Assembly (NCBI RefSeq): GCF_001194135.2
Contig: NC_069002.1
Location: forward strand, 19,444,486-19,483,987
DNA: 39,502 nt
Direction of reading: 5' to 3'
Source: Octopus bimaculoides
Taxonomy: Eukaryota
Made by a program: the position numbers and the translations under genes. Below the pieces are notes generated by a model, which saw nothing but the letters and a program-made list of their open reading frames with translations, was not told the DNA's origin and searched no databases. Positions 12,204 through 24,468 of the stretch are shown piece by piece (the stretch's first letter is position 1; every line of letters begins with the position of its first letter).

Positions 12204-12890
12204 AACCTAAAGGATAAGCAAATGTCTCCGCTGTGCCGCATCTGCAATAGAGTGACAGAAACCATTGCCCATATCACGAACGAATGCCCTAGACTTGCCC
12301 AAAACCACTACAATGAGTGGCGACATGATCCGGGAGCGAAAGTGCTACATTGGAAACTGTGCGGAAAGCGGGGGCTAGAGAGAGGCAAGACATGGTGTGA
12401 GCACAAATCGCAGAGAGTGGCGGAGTCGGAGACCTGCAAAGTCCTCCCAATCCAAACAAATCAGGTGTTAGAGCATAACAAACCGGATATTGTGGTGGTC
12501 AACAAGAAGCACCCCATGTGCTCTATAGTTGATGTTAGGTACGCTTTTGACCCACGAATAATCAAAAAGGGAGGGAAAAAATAGATAAATACAACACTTT
12601 TAAGTACGAAATAGCCCGGCTATGGAAAATAAAGAAGGTGAAGATAGTGCCAATTATTGTTAGGTCTTTGAGGTCAATATCAGAAGGCATCGACAGGAAT
12701 ATAAAGGAAATTGGAATAGAGTGACCAGTAGAACTGTTATAAAAGGTTTGCCTCCTCGGCACGGCCAGAATAATGAGGAAAGTATTAGATAGCTGAAGAG
12801 ATCGAATAGCATGGTACGGTAGGCTGCAGGTAGTAGGCCTGCTACGCATGCAAGACTCCAGGATCGCCAACAAAACCTGTGATAAAGGGA
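12204..12890 (+). mobile_element. R4/Dong-like LINE family B, 3' fragment (CCHC plus RLE endonuclease)
   Basis: CRIC..ETIAHI..EC..RHD..LHWKLC; HNKPDIVVV; VPIIV; CLLGTARIMRKVL. Flanked by (AAT)n. Its 3' UTR differs from family A. Confidence 0.85.
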
Positions 12891-12979
12891 TAATAATAAT
12901 AATAATAATAACAATAATAATAATAATAATAATAAGAAGAAGAAGAAGAAGAATAATAACCACAACAATCCTGTCTACG

Positions 12980-13140
12980 ATAGGCACAAAGCTTGAAAAT
13001 GTTGGTTCATGATATTAACCTAAGTGCTTGATGTGTACTTTATGTCGTGCGTGTTGGTATTTAAATTGAAGACGCAAGGAGGCGAAAGAAATTCTGTTAA
13101 GCATTTTATCTGGCGTGCTAACGATTTTGCCACCTCACAA
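12980..13140 (-). mobile_element. Degenerate SINE family B
   Basis: aggcacaaagcttgaaa 3' end and taagcattttatctggcgtgctaacgattttgccacctcac head, both in reverse. Confidence 0.6.
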
Positions 13141-13943
13141 TAATACAAAATAATTAAAACAAATTAATGAGATTTAATTTGAAAGAAACAAGCGTTAGAA
13201 TCTAATTGGTTGTAACAAACATGTGACAATTACGTCATCTATTTTTACATTTTTCCGGCTCATAATTTAATATTATACGACGAACAGATATTTAATTATG
13301 TTTCACGAATGTCAGAACCTAATTGTTAATTAAATGAATAAATTTGCACTAAAGCTTAACCAGGTTATTTTTTCCTCTTTTTCATGAACCGCGGCCATGC
13401 TAGGGTAATACTGAAAATATGTGGTTTATAATTTGAATGCAGGTATAAAGAATTAATCTGAATGACGGGGCAGCAAACACATGGAAAAAAACTCTTCTTA
13501 ATTAAACAGTGGCCGCGCTGGAGCAAAGCCTAGATTTTCTTTACCAAAAACATCTTCCACGTTGTAAGATTTAATCTGTAGCATGGGGTGCCTGCTGCAT
13601 GCAGTAGACTCTTCCTCAATTGTTCCCGAACGTTATATGTTGAATTGTGGCACGAATAATAACCACACACAACAACGAGGCTGATACACTCTTTTCTGTG
13701 TTGAGACTTTGTCTTTGAGCTCCTATTAAAAGATGCCCGGATAGAAACACGATGGTTGTTTGTTTAGTTATAAGACAAAACACAGTCTTCGATGATTTTA
13801 ATGTGTATTTCTTTTGTTTACTGGAATTGCTAAAGTCAAATATATGACATAAATAAGGTTCTTTATTCTTTGGAGATCTAAAAATGAAAAGGTTTTATTT
13901 TTATTTTGCAAGTAAATGAAAACTATTGTCGGTGTATGGCTAG

Positions 13944-13945
<2 letters not shown>

Positions 13946-14004
<59 letters not shown>

Positions 14005-14090
14005 TACATACATACATACACACACAAACATACATACACAAATGCATACATACATACATACATACATACATACATACATACATACATACA
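13946..14090. repeat. (CATA)n/(CA)n microsatellite
   Basis: Direct reading. Confidence 0.95.
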
Positions 14091-15308
14091 TAAAACGAAA
14101 ACAAGGCGGCAGGGGCTTCAGATCGTTCCAAAATGCCTTCGAGTGTCGTATCATATTCCTTCGGCAACATCTTTTAACCACCAAGTGTGGAAGTGCATCC
14201 CTTGACCAAGTTTTCATACATGAAGCTGATAACATAAGATATGGAAGGCAACTCCTTGAGTAGCGTTCCTTGTCTGATAACCTTAAATGCGTGTCCAAAG
14301 AAGTCGCACGACTTTACTGCTGTGTACCATCAGATGAAAGGATGATCGTATATCAATTGAACACTATGTATGGATATATTAATAGAAAGCTCCGAGATAA
14401 TAGTAACATTGATCACTAAAGAGGTTTATCATGGATCAATAACCGGATTACTACCTCCCACTGTGAAGGGTATGCGTTTGCAATACAGGAATAGGATATA
14501 TCAACCGAATGCCTGATACAGAAAAGGGACAGAGATGCAGGAAACGCAGTAAAATATGACATCCTTGCAGGCTTTGTGAAGTAAACACCGAAGATATGAC
14601 CCACATCATAAGCAGTTATCCGAAAATGTCATCACCTACGAGATATTGTGTTGTAGCTAGGACACTGTATAACGGGAGCCGTCCGAAGGATAAAGACGAG
14701 GACAGAGACATAAGAACCCAAAGTAGGGTGGGAGTCATAACCACTCGTAATAAAATGGAGTACTGGTGGAATGTCCCAGTGAAGACCTCAATAAAACGTA
14801 AATACAATAGACCTAACAATGATTTGGGATAGAGAAGAGAAACTGTGTCCAGTCGTGGAAACTACCTGCCCAACAGATGTTAACATAGAGCTAAAGAACA
14901 GCGAAAAAGAGTACCTACAGTGAAGTAGCGAGAAATTTGCAGTTATTCAATCCAGATTGCAAGTTCAGGTTTATGCCTGTAATTATCGGGGTACTGGGAT
15001 ATGTAATGCACTGCCTAAATACCATTCTTGAGACATGAAGCTTCTCATAACTAGAAGGAAGGAAGCTGATTCGAAGGTTACAAATTCAATCAATCACTGG
15101 AACTGTAAAAATCTGTACAACTTTGGGCAAGTTTATCATTTAAGTACAGATGAGCATGTTTCATTATGCAAGTATATATATGAGAATACATTCATAAAAT
15201 AAAACATAGAAATGTGAACATACAAAAATACTCTGTTAATGTTGTTGAAATTCCGAGTCTTGGATCTAGGTTAGAAACTAGGTCTTGAAATAAAAGTGGA
15301 CAATGACA
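14091..15308 (+). mobile_element. R4/Dong-like LINE family C, 5'-truncated and decayed, bounded by CATA-type repeats
   Basis: RKQGGRGFRS..FECRI; TSHCEGYAFAIQE; EDMTHIISS; YWWNVPVKTSIK..NRP; FMPVIIGVLG; QIQSITGTVKIC. The 3' end gaaataaaagtggacaatga is followed by catacata. Confidence 0.8.
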
Positions 15309-15408
15309 TACATATATGCATGCATGCATAGCTTCATACATACGCGCGCGCGCGTATTTGTGTGCGTGTATCTGTTCAAAGGTACGTGTGTGTGTGTGTG
15401 AGTGAGAG

Positions 15409-15464
<56 letters not shown>

Positions 15465-16234
15465 NNNNNNNNNNNNNNNNNNNNNNNNNNNNNNNNNNNN
15501 NNNNNNNNNNNNNNNNNNNNNNNNNNNNNNNNNNNNNNNNNNNNNNNNNNNNNNNNNNNNNNNNNNNNNNNNNNNNNNNNNNNNNNNNNNNNNNNNNNNN
15601 NNNNNNNNNNNNNNNNNNNNNNNNNNNNNNNNNNNNNNNNNNNNNNNNNNNNNNNNNNNNNNNNNNNNNNNNNNNNNNNNNNNNNNNNNNNNNNNNNNNN
15701 NNNNNNNNNNNNNNNNNNNNNNNNNNNNNNNNNNNNNNNNNNNNNNNNNNNNNNNNNNNNNNNNNNNNNNNNNNNNNNNNNNNNNNNNNNNNNNNNNNNN
15801 NNNNNNNNNNNNNNNNNNNNNNNNNNNNNNNNNNNNNNNNNNNNNNNNNNNNNNNNNNNNNNNNNNNNNNNNNNNNNATATATATATATTTATAAACCTA
15901 CATATCTGATATACCGCATATAAATAATGAAGTTAACAATCTGTCTTGCAGGTTCGACATTTACCGGAAGGTCCCCAAAGACCTTACTCGTCCAACTATA
16001 ACTGGAGCCATCATCTCTTTGATCAGTATATGCTTCATCGGTTTCCTTTTCTTCTCAGAATTGTCCCTGTTTGTCACCACAGAAATGTAAGTGAACGCAA
16101 CATTCTTCATATGTTCTAGCAGTTTGTTTCTTTCTGACTTTTTATTCATTTGTTAATTAAAAAAAAAAAAAATAAGAAGAAGAATAACCTTATTTCTATT
16201 TCCATTTTTAGACTTTTTTTTTCTTTCATCATTT

Positions 16235-16370
16235 CGTTTTTGTATCTGGTTTGCAAGATTCTTGTTGTGAATTCGTGTGTTGAAACAAATTTTGTTGTGT
16301 CTAGGGAGAGTCATTATGTCAATATTATTAGCACACGCTCTGGTTCAATTCCACTCCTTTATTATTAGTA
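16235..16370. repeat. Unclassified interspersed repeat, copy 1
   Basis: ttttgtatctg..tttgcaa.attctt.ttgtgaa.tcgtgtgttgaa..agtcatt..ggttc.attccactc is shared with 17795-17930. Confidence 0.7.
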
Positions 16371-16819
16371 AATTGGCTAAATATCCGACAATTGATTGTT
16401 TAACTTAGTTAAACAGTAAATCATTATTTAACGAATCGAATTGAACCAGTGCGTCAGTTAATTATATTGGCATATTGACACTTTTCATCACTCTTCTCCA
16501 TCAAGTTTTCTCTTCTAATCCCTCTCTCTCTCTTTCTCTCCCTCTCTCCCTCTCTCCATCTCTCTGCCTCCCGACCCTCCTCTCTCTCACTCGTGATCTC
16601 TCCCATAATATTTATTGGCACATACTTCGTGTATGGATTTCTCTGTGTTTCGCCGATATGACAGCATTTGAAATGAGATCCGAAAGAGACGTAACTATAA
16701 ATCACAGACATTTTGTTCGACACACCAAAAATTCTACCATCTACCATTCACTATATTCTTCACCTTCGTTTTAAGAAATAATATTTCCTTTGAATCCAAC
16801 GAATTAGTTTCATTATATA

Positions 16820-17225
16820 GGCGCAGGAGTGGCTGTTTGGTAAGTAGCTTGCTTACCAACCACATGGTTCCAGGTTCAGTCCCACTGCGTGGCACCTTGG
16901 GCAAATGTCTTCTACTACAGCCTTGGGCTGACCAAAGCCTTGTGAGTAGATTTGGCAGACGGAAACTGAAAGAAGCTTGTCGTATATATGTATATGTATA
17001 TATGTATATACATATGTGAGTGTGTTTTTGTATCTATTTGTCCCCCCAACAACGCTTGACAACCGATGCTGGTGTGTTTACGTCCCCGTAACCTAGTGGT
17101 TCGGCAAAAGAGATCTATAGAATAAGTACTAGGCTTCCAACGAATAAGTCTTGGGGTCGATTTACTCGACTAAAGGTGGTGCTCCAGCATGGCCGCAGTC
17201 AAATGACTGAAACAAGTAAAAGAGA
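16820..17225 (+). mobile_element. Full-length tRNA-derived SINE family A (CORE-like central domain, internal TA/GT microsatellite)
   Basis: A-box-like tggctgtttgg, B-box-like ggttcagtccc, CORE-like ggcaccttgggcaaatgtcttctac, internal microsatellite, and 3' tail ..ccagcatggccgcagtcaaatgactgaaacaagtaaaaga. Confidence 0.9.
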
Positions 17226-17297
17226 GTTATATTTTGTAGCAGTTTCGTAGCACCACAAAGCATTGGCTCTTATTAACGCACGAGGCGGGTAGTTTTG

Positions 17298-17410
17298 ATG
17301 GGGCGTGGCTTAGTGGATACCATCAATTACAAGTCTTGACTAGCAGTTGATTTTATCGACCCAGAATGTATGACCGAAAAAGCTGACGTTGGCCAGATTT
17401 AATTTCAAAT
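17298..17410 (-). mobile_element. SINE family B fragment
   Basis: ttttatcgacccagaatg..aaagctgacgttggccagattt matches family B in reverse. Confidence 0.55.
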
Positions 17411-17530
17411 CTTAGAGGCACAGGGATAGAAGAGTAATGAATTTCCAAGGGAGGTAACTCTGCAAGGAGTATAGATATAAGGGAGATAAGTAAGTTGGCT
17501 GCGATGTGAACTATCAAAAATAAATTTATT

Positions 17531-17715
17531 CTTTCCTGGGGGATGGGGACAGTGGATTAGATCGACTTCAGTACACAACTGGTACTTAATTTATCGACCC
17601 AGAATGATGAAAGGCAAAGTCACCCTCAGCGGAATTTGAACTTAGAACGTAAAGAGAGGCGAAATACTTTTAGGCATTTCGCCCAGCGTGCTAACGTTTC
17701 TGCGAGTTCGCCTCC
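17531..17715 (-). mobile_element. SINE family B with 18-bp target-site duplication
   Basis: Complete head and body in reverse; atcaaaaataaatttatt occurs at 17513-17530 and 17716-17733. Confidence 0.92.
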
Positions 17716-17794
17716 ATCAAAAATAAATTTATTGAAATTGAAATTGTATTCGATGGTGTAAAAGAAGTATTTGAATATATACACACACATCTAT

Positions 17795-18035
17795 TATTCG
17801 CTTTTGTATCTGCTTTGCAAAATTCTTTTTGTGAAATCGTGTGTTGAAGCATATTTTATTGTGTCTTGCAGAAAGTCATTCTGTTTTAATGCCTTATTAA
17901 TGAACAAACTCACCGGTTCGATTTCCACTCGTTTGTTTATTTATTTATCTTTTTATTTATTTATTTATTCATTTATTTATCTTTTCTATTTTATTTAAAT
18001 TTTCGGTGCCGCTTGCAAGCTCTTCAATAGCCAAA
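17795..18035. repeat. Unclassified interspersed repeat, copy 2, with internal (ATTT)n
   Basis: Similarity to 16235-16370. Confidence 0.7.
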
Positions 18036-18188
18036 CCAGTATCTCTCTAAATATTCTTAATTGAAAGTCCAAATTGATCGACAAGAAATATTTCCATAAA
18101 CCAAAATTTGAAAATAAAATTGAAGCTGGGTTCTTTTCGTATATTTGTTTGTGCGTATGTGCGTGCGGCAGTGTGTTTGTGTATACAC

Positions 18189-18219
<31 letters not shown>

Positions 18220-19929
18220 TGTATGTATGTATGTATGTATGTNNNNNNNNNNNNNNNNNNNNNNNNNNNNNNNNNNNNNNNNNNNNNNNNNNNNNNNNNN
18301 NNNNNNNNNNNNNNNNNNNNNNNNNNNNNNNNNNNNNNNNNNNNNNNNNNNNNNNNNNNNNNNNNNNNNNNNNNNNNNNNNNNNNNNNNNNNNNNNNNNN
18401 NNNNNNNNNNNNNNNNNNNNNNNNNNNNNNNNNNNNNNNNNNNNNNNNNNNNNNNNNNNNNNNNNNNNNNNNNNNNNNNNNNNNNNNNNNNNNNNNNNNN
18501 NNNNNNNNNNNNNNNNNNNNNNNNNNNNNNNNNNNNNNNNNNNNNNNNNNNNNNNNNNNNNNNNNNNNNNNNNNNNNNNNNNNNNNNNNNNNNNNNNNNN
18601 NNNNNNNNNNNNNNNNNNNNNNNNNNNNNNNNNNNNNNNNNNNNNNNNNNNNNNNNNNNNNNNNNNNGTGAGTGTTTGTGTGTGTATGAAATGTGTGTGT
18701 ATATAGTCAATTGTCTCAGTCTTGTGTTGTTTATGTTATGTATGTGTGCATGTGCGTGTGTGTGCTTGTCTGTCTGTATTACTTATGTACCTATCTGTCT
18801 ACTTACATATAGAAAAAAGTGCCTACATTTAACATAAATACATACATACATACATTCATACATACATATATATATATATATACAACTACAAACATTATTT
18901 TATCTATTGTTGTCACACTGCAGCTCACAGAATGTATATCCTTCTTTATAATAATGATGTGTCATGTGTATTACCAAGATGATTAAATATTGATCCTAAA
19001 CAGGATACACTAATACAGTTTAAGCAGAGAATTAAGCCAAATTATAAATAACCAATTTAAGAATCACTATTGATTTTATTTGTAAGGGAAGCAACTTATT
19101 TTTTTGAATTACCTCCCTTACATTCAAATCTATTGTTTTCTGAAATCCTAGAAATTGTCGCCTGCATCATTGAATCAATCACTGAATGTATCAGGTATTT
19201 ATTGAATTTCAGGTTATTCTCCCGAACCCACTACAAGTATTTTATTAAATATTTAGGGCCCTACACCTAATCTTGCACTCTACCCAATATTTTAGTCTTG
19301 TGAGTTGTTCATAAAAGTAATGCTCTACCCTGACTATCAAAGTCTGACCCAATAATTATAAAACTAATCAACGTTTAATGTAATTAAAAAAGTCATTAGA
19401 GCATCGAATGATTAGAGCATCTTCTGTGTTCAAATCCCACCGTTATCTCTTTTACATTTCATCCTTTCAGGGACGATAAACAGGAAATATTTCTGGAGTC
19501 TTGGACTGAAGAACGTACTAAAGCATCAGACGGGATTCTTTACAGTATTTGTTTCGCATCCGAACGTTCTCAGTTCGAATTCTACTAAGGATTAATTTCG
19601 TGGAAGACTTTATCCATTGCACGGTTTAACAGCGCCATTCAGTGACTACTTCAACTCTCTGTCCTGTCTCGCAGTCCCAGTCAAGCTCATGGTCCCTCTT
19701 TCCGACGTTCATTTTCGTAGCATTCGTATTGTTATTGTTTAATTTTCGGGGAAGGTTGTCCCGAGAGTAATACAAAAGTTTTTTGATTGATTGACAAACG
19801 TTTTGCAAATTGCAGACGATAATAGAGAAACTTTTCTTGTCTGCTAACTCTCTTTTTTGTTCTTCAACGCTGACAAATATTAGATTCTGGTCGGGAATAA
19901 CCAGTCATCTCCGAATCCTTCACGAAGGA

Positions 19930-20567
19930 ATGGTACAGGCTTTGAAATACGCAGAACAGGTTACTGGATGCTGATGGACATGGCACCATTGGCAAAAGCA
20001 TTTTGCATTGATGGCTGAAGAACATTAAACAAGATCGAAACCTTGTAAGTTTTCAGGAATCCTGTCGTAGTGATCGGAGGAATTAATTCGTGGACCTACG
20101 TGTTACAGGCTGTGAGCTCGCTAAACAACTGGACTGTGGTTGCAATTCATTACAGAAGATAGTTCAAGACCTTGGGTGTCGCAAAATCTGCGTAAAGTAG
20201 GTATCTCGGAAGTTAATATCTGATTAGAAGAACGAAACGTTTGTAGGTGTGATCTGAACAGCTGGAAGCGTTTAAATATAATGAAGACACGTTTTCTTTT
20301 TCTGTGGACGAAGTATTGAATTGTACACAAGACATCGGACTCAAGGAACAGTCCATAGAAGAAGCAAAGGAACTTTAAGAGCCAATGATCAGCGCTGAGA
20401 CGCATGTTTACTCTTCAAATGGATAATAAGGGATTTATTTTTCTTGATATTCTAGAATGTGGCTGTGCCGTTAACAGCAAGCGGCACATTGAGACACACA
20501 AAGAGCACACAAAATCCACTGAGAAAGTATATATTTTATATGTATACATATATTTATATATATGTAT

Positions 20568-20629
<62 letters not shown>

Positions 20630-20740
20630 TGGTCATCTGCATAGTTACATACGTTCAATACATTTATCATCATGGCTTTCATCTAATATTGCACCCCTCC
20701 TTTTGTTCTACTCTTCTGCCTCGTGACATTTGTCCCTATC
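19930..20740 (+). mobile_element. Decayed mariner (Tc1/mariner) transposase fragment interrupted by a (TA)n array
   Basis: ELAKQLDCG..LQKIVQDLGCRKICVK*VSRKL resembles the WVPR motif. MFTLQMDNKGFIFLDILECGCAVNSKRHIET resembles FWD.KG..DYLE.G.TINS..Y. GFHLILHPSFCSTLLPRD resembles GW..L.HPPYSPDLAPSD. No terminal inverted repeats (TIRs) located. Confidence 0.78.
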
Positions 20741-21879
20741 TTAATTCAACTACTTGCCTTATAATCAACTTTTCTTTCATAGCTAAGCTTTTAGATTTAA
20801 ATTCCCTTCCATTTTAGCTATTTTCCCGCTTTCTTTTTTCCCCGCTTATTCTTGTTGTTTTTCTTCATATTTCTTCCTATTTTGTAACTTTTCGGGAAAC
20901 CTGTCAATATCTTCATATTTTTTACGTACCTCATTAAATTTCCATTAGCTTTTTCAGTTACATTTTTCTTACTCCTTTTTTCCTACTCTGTTTTTCGTAA
21001 TCACTTTTTTTTGCTAATCATTTTTACTCAATATTTTCCAAAATTTTCTTCAACGTTTTCCTCATAATGTCATTCTCACCAATTTTCAGAATTCTTTTCT
21101 ATATTTTCCAAGTTGTCTTCATTTTTATTTTATTTTGCTTTATTCTATTTGAACATGAAATAGCTCCAAAACAGAATCCAAGTTTTGATACTTTCCTTTC
21201 GTTTTAATTATCATGTGTTTTAGTAATTCTAAATACTTTACTCTCACTCCTCTCACTCATCATTCATCCTATAATTTTGTTTATTATTCAAAATTATGTT
21301 TACACCTTTGACATTCGGCTCATCCCTCTAAATCAGCAATCCCGCCATTTTTATTGCTATCTTAATTTTATGCTTTTTATCTTCCGTTCATTATTTCTAA
21401 TACTTCATCATCTGCAATTATAACAGTTCCTCCTTCTTTTTCTATTTTTTCCCTTTTATTCCTTTTCCTTTTTCCTCTACCTTTTCTAGGCCCTTTCCTT
21501 TTTTTTATCATACTTTATCCTTACCATTTTTCTTGATAACTTTTCCTCATCACTATCTCTATGGCTAGAAAACTAAATATAAAGAAAAAAATCCCATGAA
21601 TTTTGAAGTCAGGACTTGCCTGAAGTTCCTATACGCCTACAGAGGAAATTCAGAAATTCAGGGCAGCAGTAAAATGCTAACTCGACAAGAACAGGGGAGA
21701 TGTTGGCCTGCTATTCCAGCCACCAGAGTGGCGCCTTTCGAAGGCTAAAACGATGCAAGGCTTCTGATAGTGTGACCGGTTGCGTCGCATAAAAGACTGC
21801 AACAAAAGAATTTATTCTACTTCACTTTCACTGCCTTCCATATTTACACTGCAAAGATAATCTATTTTCGATCGAGCAT

Positions 21880-21912
21880 GCTCTGTAACACACACACACG
21901 AACGCGCGTACA

Positions 21913-21980
<68 letters not shown>

Positions 21981-22030
21981 TACACACACACAAATACACA
22001 CACACAAACATACATAGACACATACGCATA
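21880..22030. repeat. (CA)n microsatellite
   Basis: Direct reading. Confidence 0.95.
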
Positions 22031-23084
22031 TGTACACCAACCCTCACACATTCATTCATACTGAAGCACATACATCCTCGCGTGTATATACAACCAAACG
22101 TTGAAATATCGCCATTAATGAAGACATAGACCAGACATTTTTTAACGTCTTCATTTCTTCTCTTCCCCAACAGAAATCCCATACACGCCCGCGCGCGCTT
22201 TAAATTATTAATTTGTATAAATTGTCTCTACTTGAAACTCTATATACGAGTATACATTTCAAGCTGTTGAATTTTGCACATTTTATACGAATTGTTATCA
22301 AAATTATTCGACACGAGCTCTAAATTATTCGATGAAAGCTGGAGTTGTTCTGAATATTCTTGGTATTTCAAAGCTCCTGCTATGGTCTTCTTTGTCTCAT
22401 ATTCTCATTATATATTGTTATATGTACAAAATTCTAATAATGAAATTAATTCTCACCTTTTTCTCACTCGGGACTCTAATAAACATATCTATAATATGCT
22501 TTGTGTCACGCTAATTTTATTCATATTTACATTCATTTCCCTCTTAATTATTCTCCTTTATTCATTGCACTATACTCCACATCTCTCTTTTGCATTCAAC
22601 TTACCCAGAGGTATAGTATATTTAACCTTAGCCTATTTACATTGCATGCGCGTATTTCATGATTCAACCGAATGAAATTAATTTGAAATTAGAGGCTGGA
22701 AATGCAGACGCACATTGACGCTGTTTCATGACTATACAGGAAATATTGTTCTTCGGAAACTTTCGCAGTGAATTTGAATATTAATGCATATATACATATG
22801 TAGCGTTGGCACGTTATCTCTCAAGTATGTTGTAAATGCGCAGTGTTTTTCATACAAATAAATGCTTTCCGTTGAAAAGCTTTAGAAAATGTATGTAGCA
22901 TGTTTGTAAGATTATGTAGCTATGCGTACACGTGTATATTTTGGTTGATGGAATGCATATGCATACACAACAATATGTGTAGTTAGGTTGAAAATGTATT
23001 GGAGGAAGTATCGTAATGCAGAATAATGGGTGAATCATTGATGGCAGAGCCAGGTGCGCGAGCGTTTGTATATACATACATTAA

Positions 23085-23470
23085 TACATGCCTATCACCC
23101 ACATCATAAGCAGTTGTACGAATATGTCATCACAGTATTTTCTACCGATCAGACATGATGTTGTAGGTATGATACTCTATAATGAAATCCGTCGGAAGGA
23201 TAATCCTGCGGACAAAAAAATAAGAACACACAGTATGTTAGAAGCCATAGCCACTCATAATAAAAATCAGTCCTAGTGGAATGTCCTAGTGCAGTGGTGA
23301 AGACCTCAATGAAATGTAAGTACAACGGACCTGATATAATGATTTGGGGATTGAGAAGAGAAACTGCGTACAGTTGTGGAAATTAGAAGCCCAGTGGATG
23401 ATGACATAAGCTGAAGATCAGTGAAAAAGAGAATGCGTACACTGAACTAGTGAGAAATCTGCAGTTACTT
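23085..23470 (+). mobile_element. R4/Dong-like LINE family C, second fragment
   Basis: ITHIISSCTNMSSQYFLPIRHDVV..LYNEIRRKDN, colinear with 14590-14945; preceded by atacataca. Confidence 0.82.
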
Positions 23471-23474
23471 TGAG

Positions 23475-23602
23475 GAGCTTGATTCCCAACAACATGGTAC
23501 CGAGTTCAGTCCCACAGCCTGAGAAGTATCTTCCACTATAGCCTCGGGCCGAGAAAAGCCTTGTGAGTGGATTTGGTAAATGGAAAGTGAAAGAAGCCTG
23601 TC

Positions 23603-23634
<32 letters not shown>

Positions 23635-23635
23635 N
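23475..23635 (+). mobile_element. SINE family A, 5' half running into (TA)n and a gap
   Basis: aacatggtaccgagttcagtccca..ccactatagcctcgggccga.aaagccttgtgagtggatttggta..gaaagaagcctgtcgt. Confidence 0.85.
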
Positions 23636-24352
23636 NNNNNNNNNNNNNNNNNNNNNNNNNNNNNNNNNNNNNNNNNNNNNNNNNNNNNNNNNNNNNNNNN
23701 NNNNNNNNNNNNNNNNNNNNNNNNNNNNNNNNNNNNNNNNNNNNNNNNNNNNNNNNNNNNNNNNNNNNNNNNNNNNNNNNNNNNNNNNNNNNNNNNNNNN
23801 NNNNNNNNNNNNNNNNNNNNNNNNNNNNNNNNNNNNNNNNNNNNNNNNNNNNNNNNNNNNNNNNNNNNNNNNNNNNNNNNNNNNNNNNNNNNNNNNNNNN
23901 NNNNNNNNNNNNNNNNNNNNNNNNNNNNNNNNNNNNNNNNNNNNNNNNNNNNNNNNNNNNNNNNNNNNNNNNNNNNNNNNNNNNNNNNNNNNNNNNNNNN
24001 NNNNNNNNNNNNNNNNNNNNNNNNNNNNNNNNNNNNNNNNNNNNNNNNNNNNNNNNNNNNNNNNNNNNNNNNNNNNNNNNNNNNNNNNNNNNNNNNNNNN
24101 NNNNNNNNNNNNNNNNNNNNNNNNNNNNNNNNNNNNNNNNNNNNNNNNNNNNNNNNNNNNNNNNNNNNNNNNNNNNNNNNNNNNNNNNNNNNNNNNNNNN
24201 NNNNNNNNNNNNNNNNNNNNNNNNNNNNNNNNNNNNNNNNNNNNNNNNNNNNNNNNNNNNNNNNNNNNNNNNNNNNNNNNNNNNNNNNNNNNNNNNNNNN
24301 NNNNNNNNNNNNNNNNNNNNNNNNNNNNNNNNNNNNNNNNNNNNNNNNTATA

Positions 24353-24388
<36 letters not shown>

Positions 24389-24468
24389 TGTATGTATGTA
24401 TGTATGTGTGTGTATGTGATTTGTGTTTGTGTGTGTACGCGCGTGTGCATGTGTTTAATGGTTAAAAT

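Noticed and set aside
16820-16900. tRNA-like sequence as a tRNA gene
   Set aside because: Only A/B-box-like remnants continuing into SINE body; no complete cloverleaf.
19626-19808. 60-aa minus ORF with a GKR motif, resembling a neuropeptide cleavage site
   Set aside because: No signal peptide, repeats or splice support; consistent with chance.
20016-20041. CTGAAGA...GAAA hammerhead-like core (a similar one lies at about 3584)
   Set aside because: No stem I/II pairing; the 20016 match lies inside mariner coding sequence.
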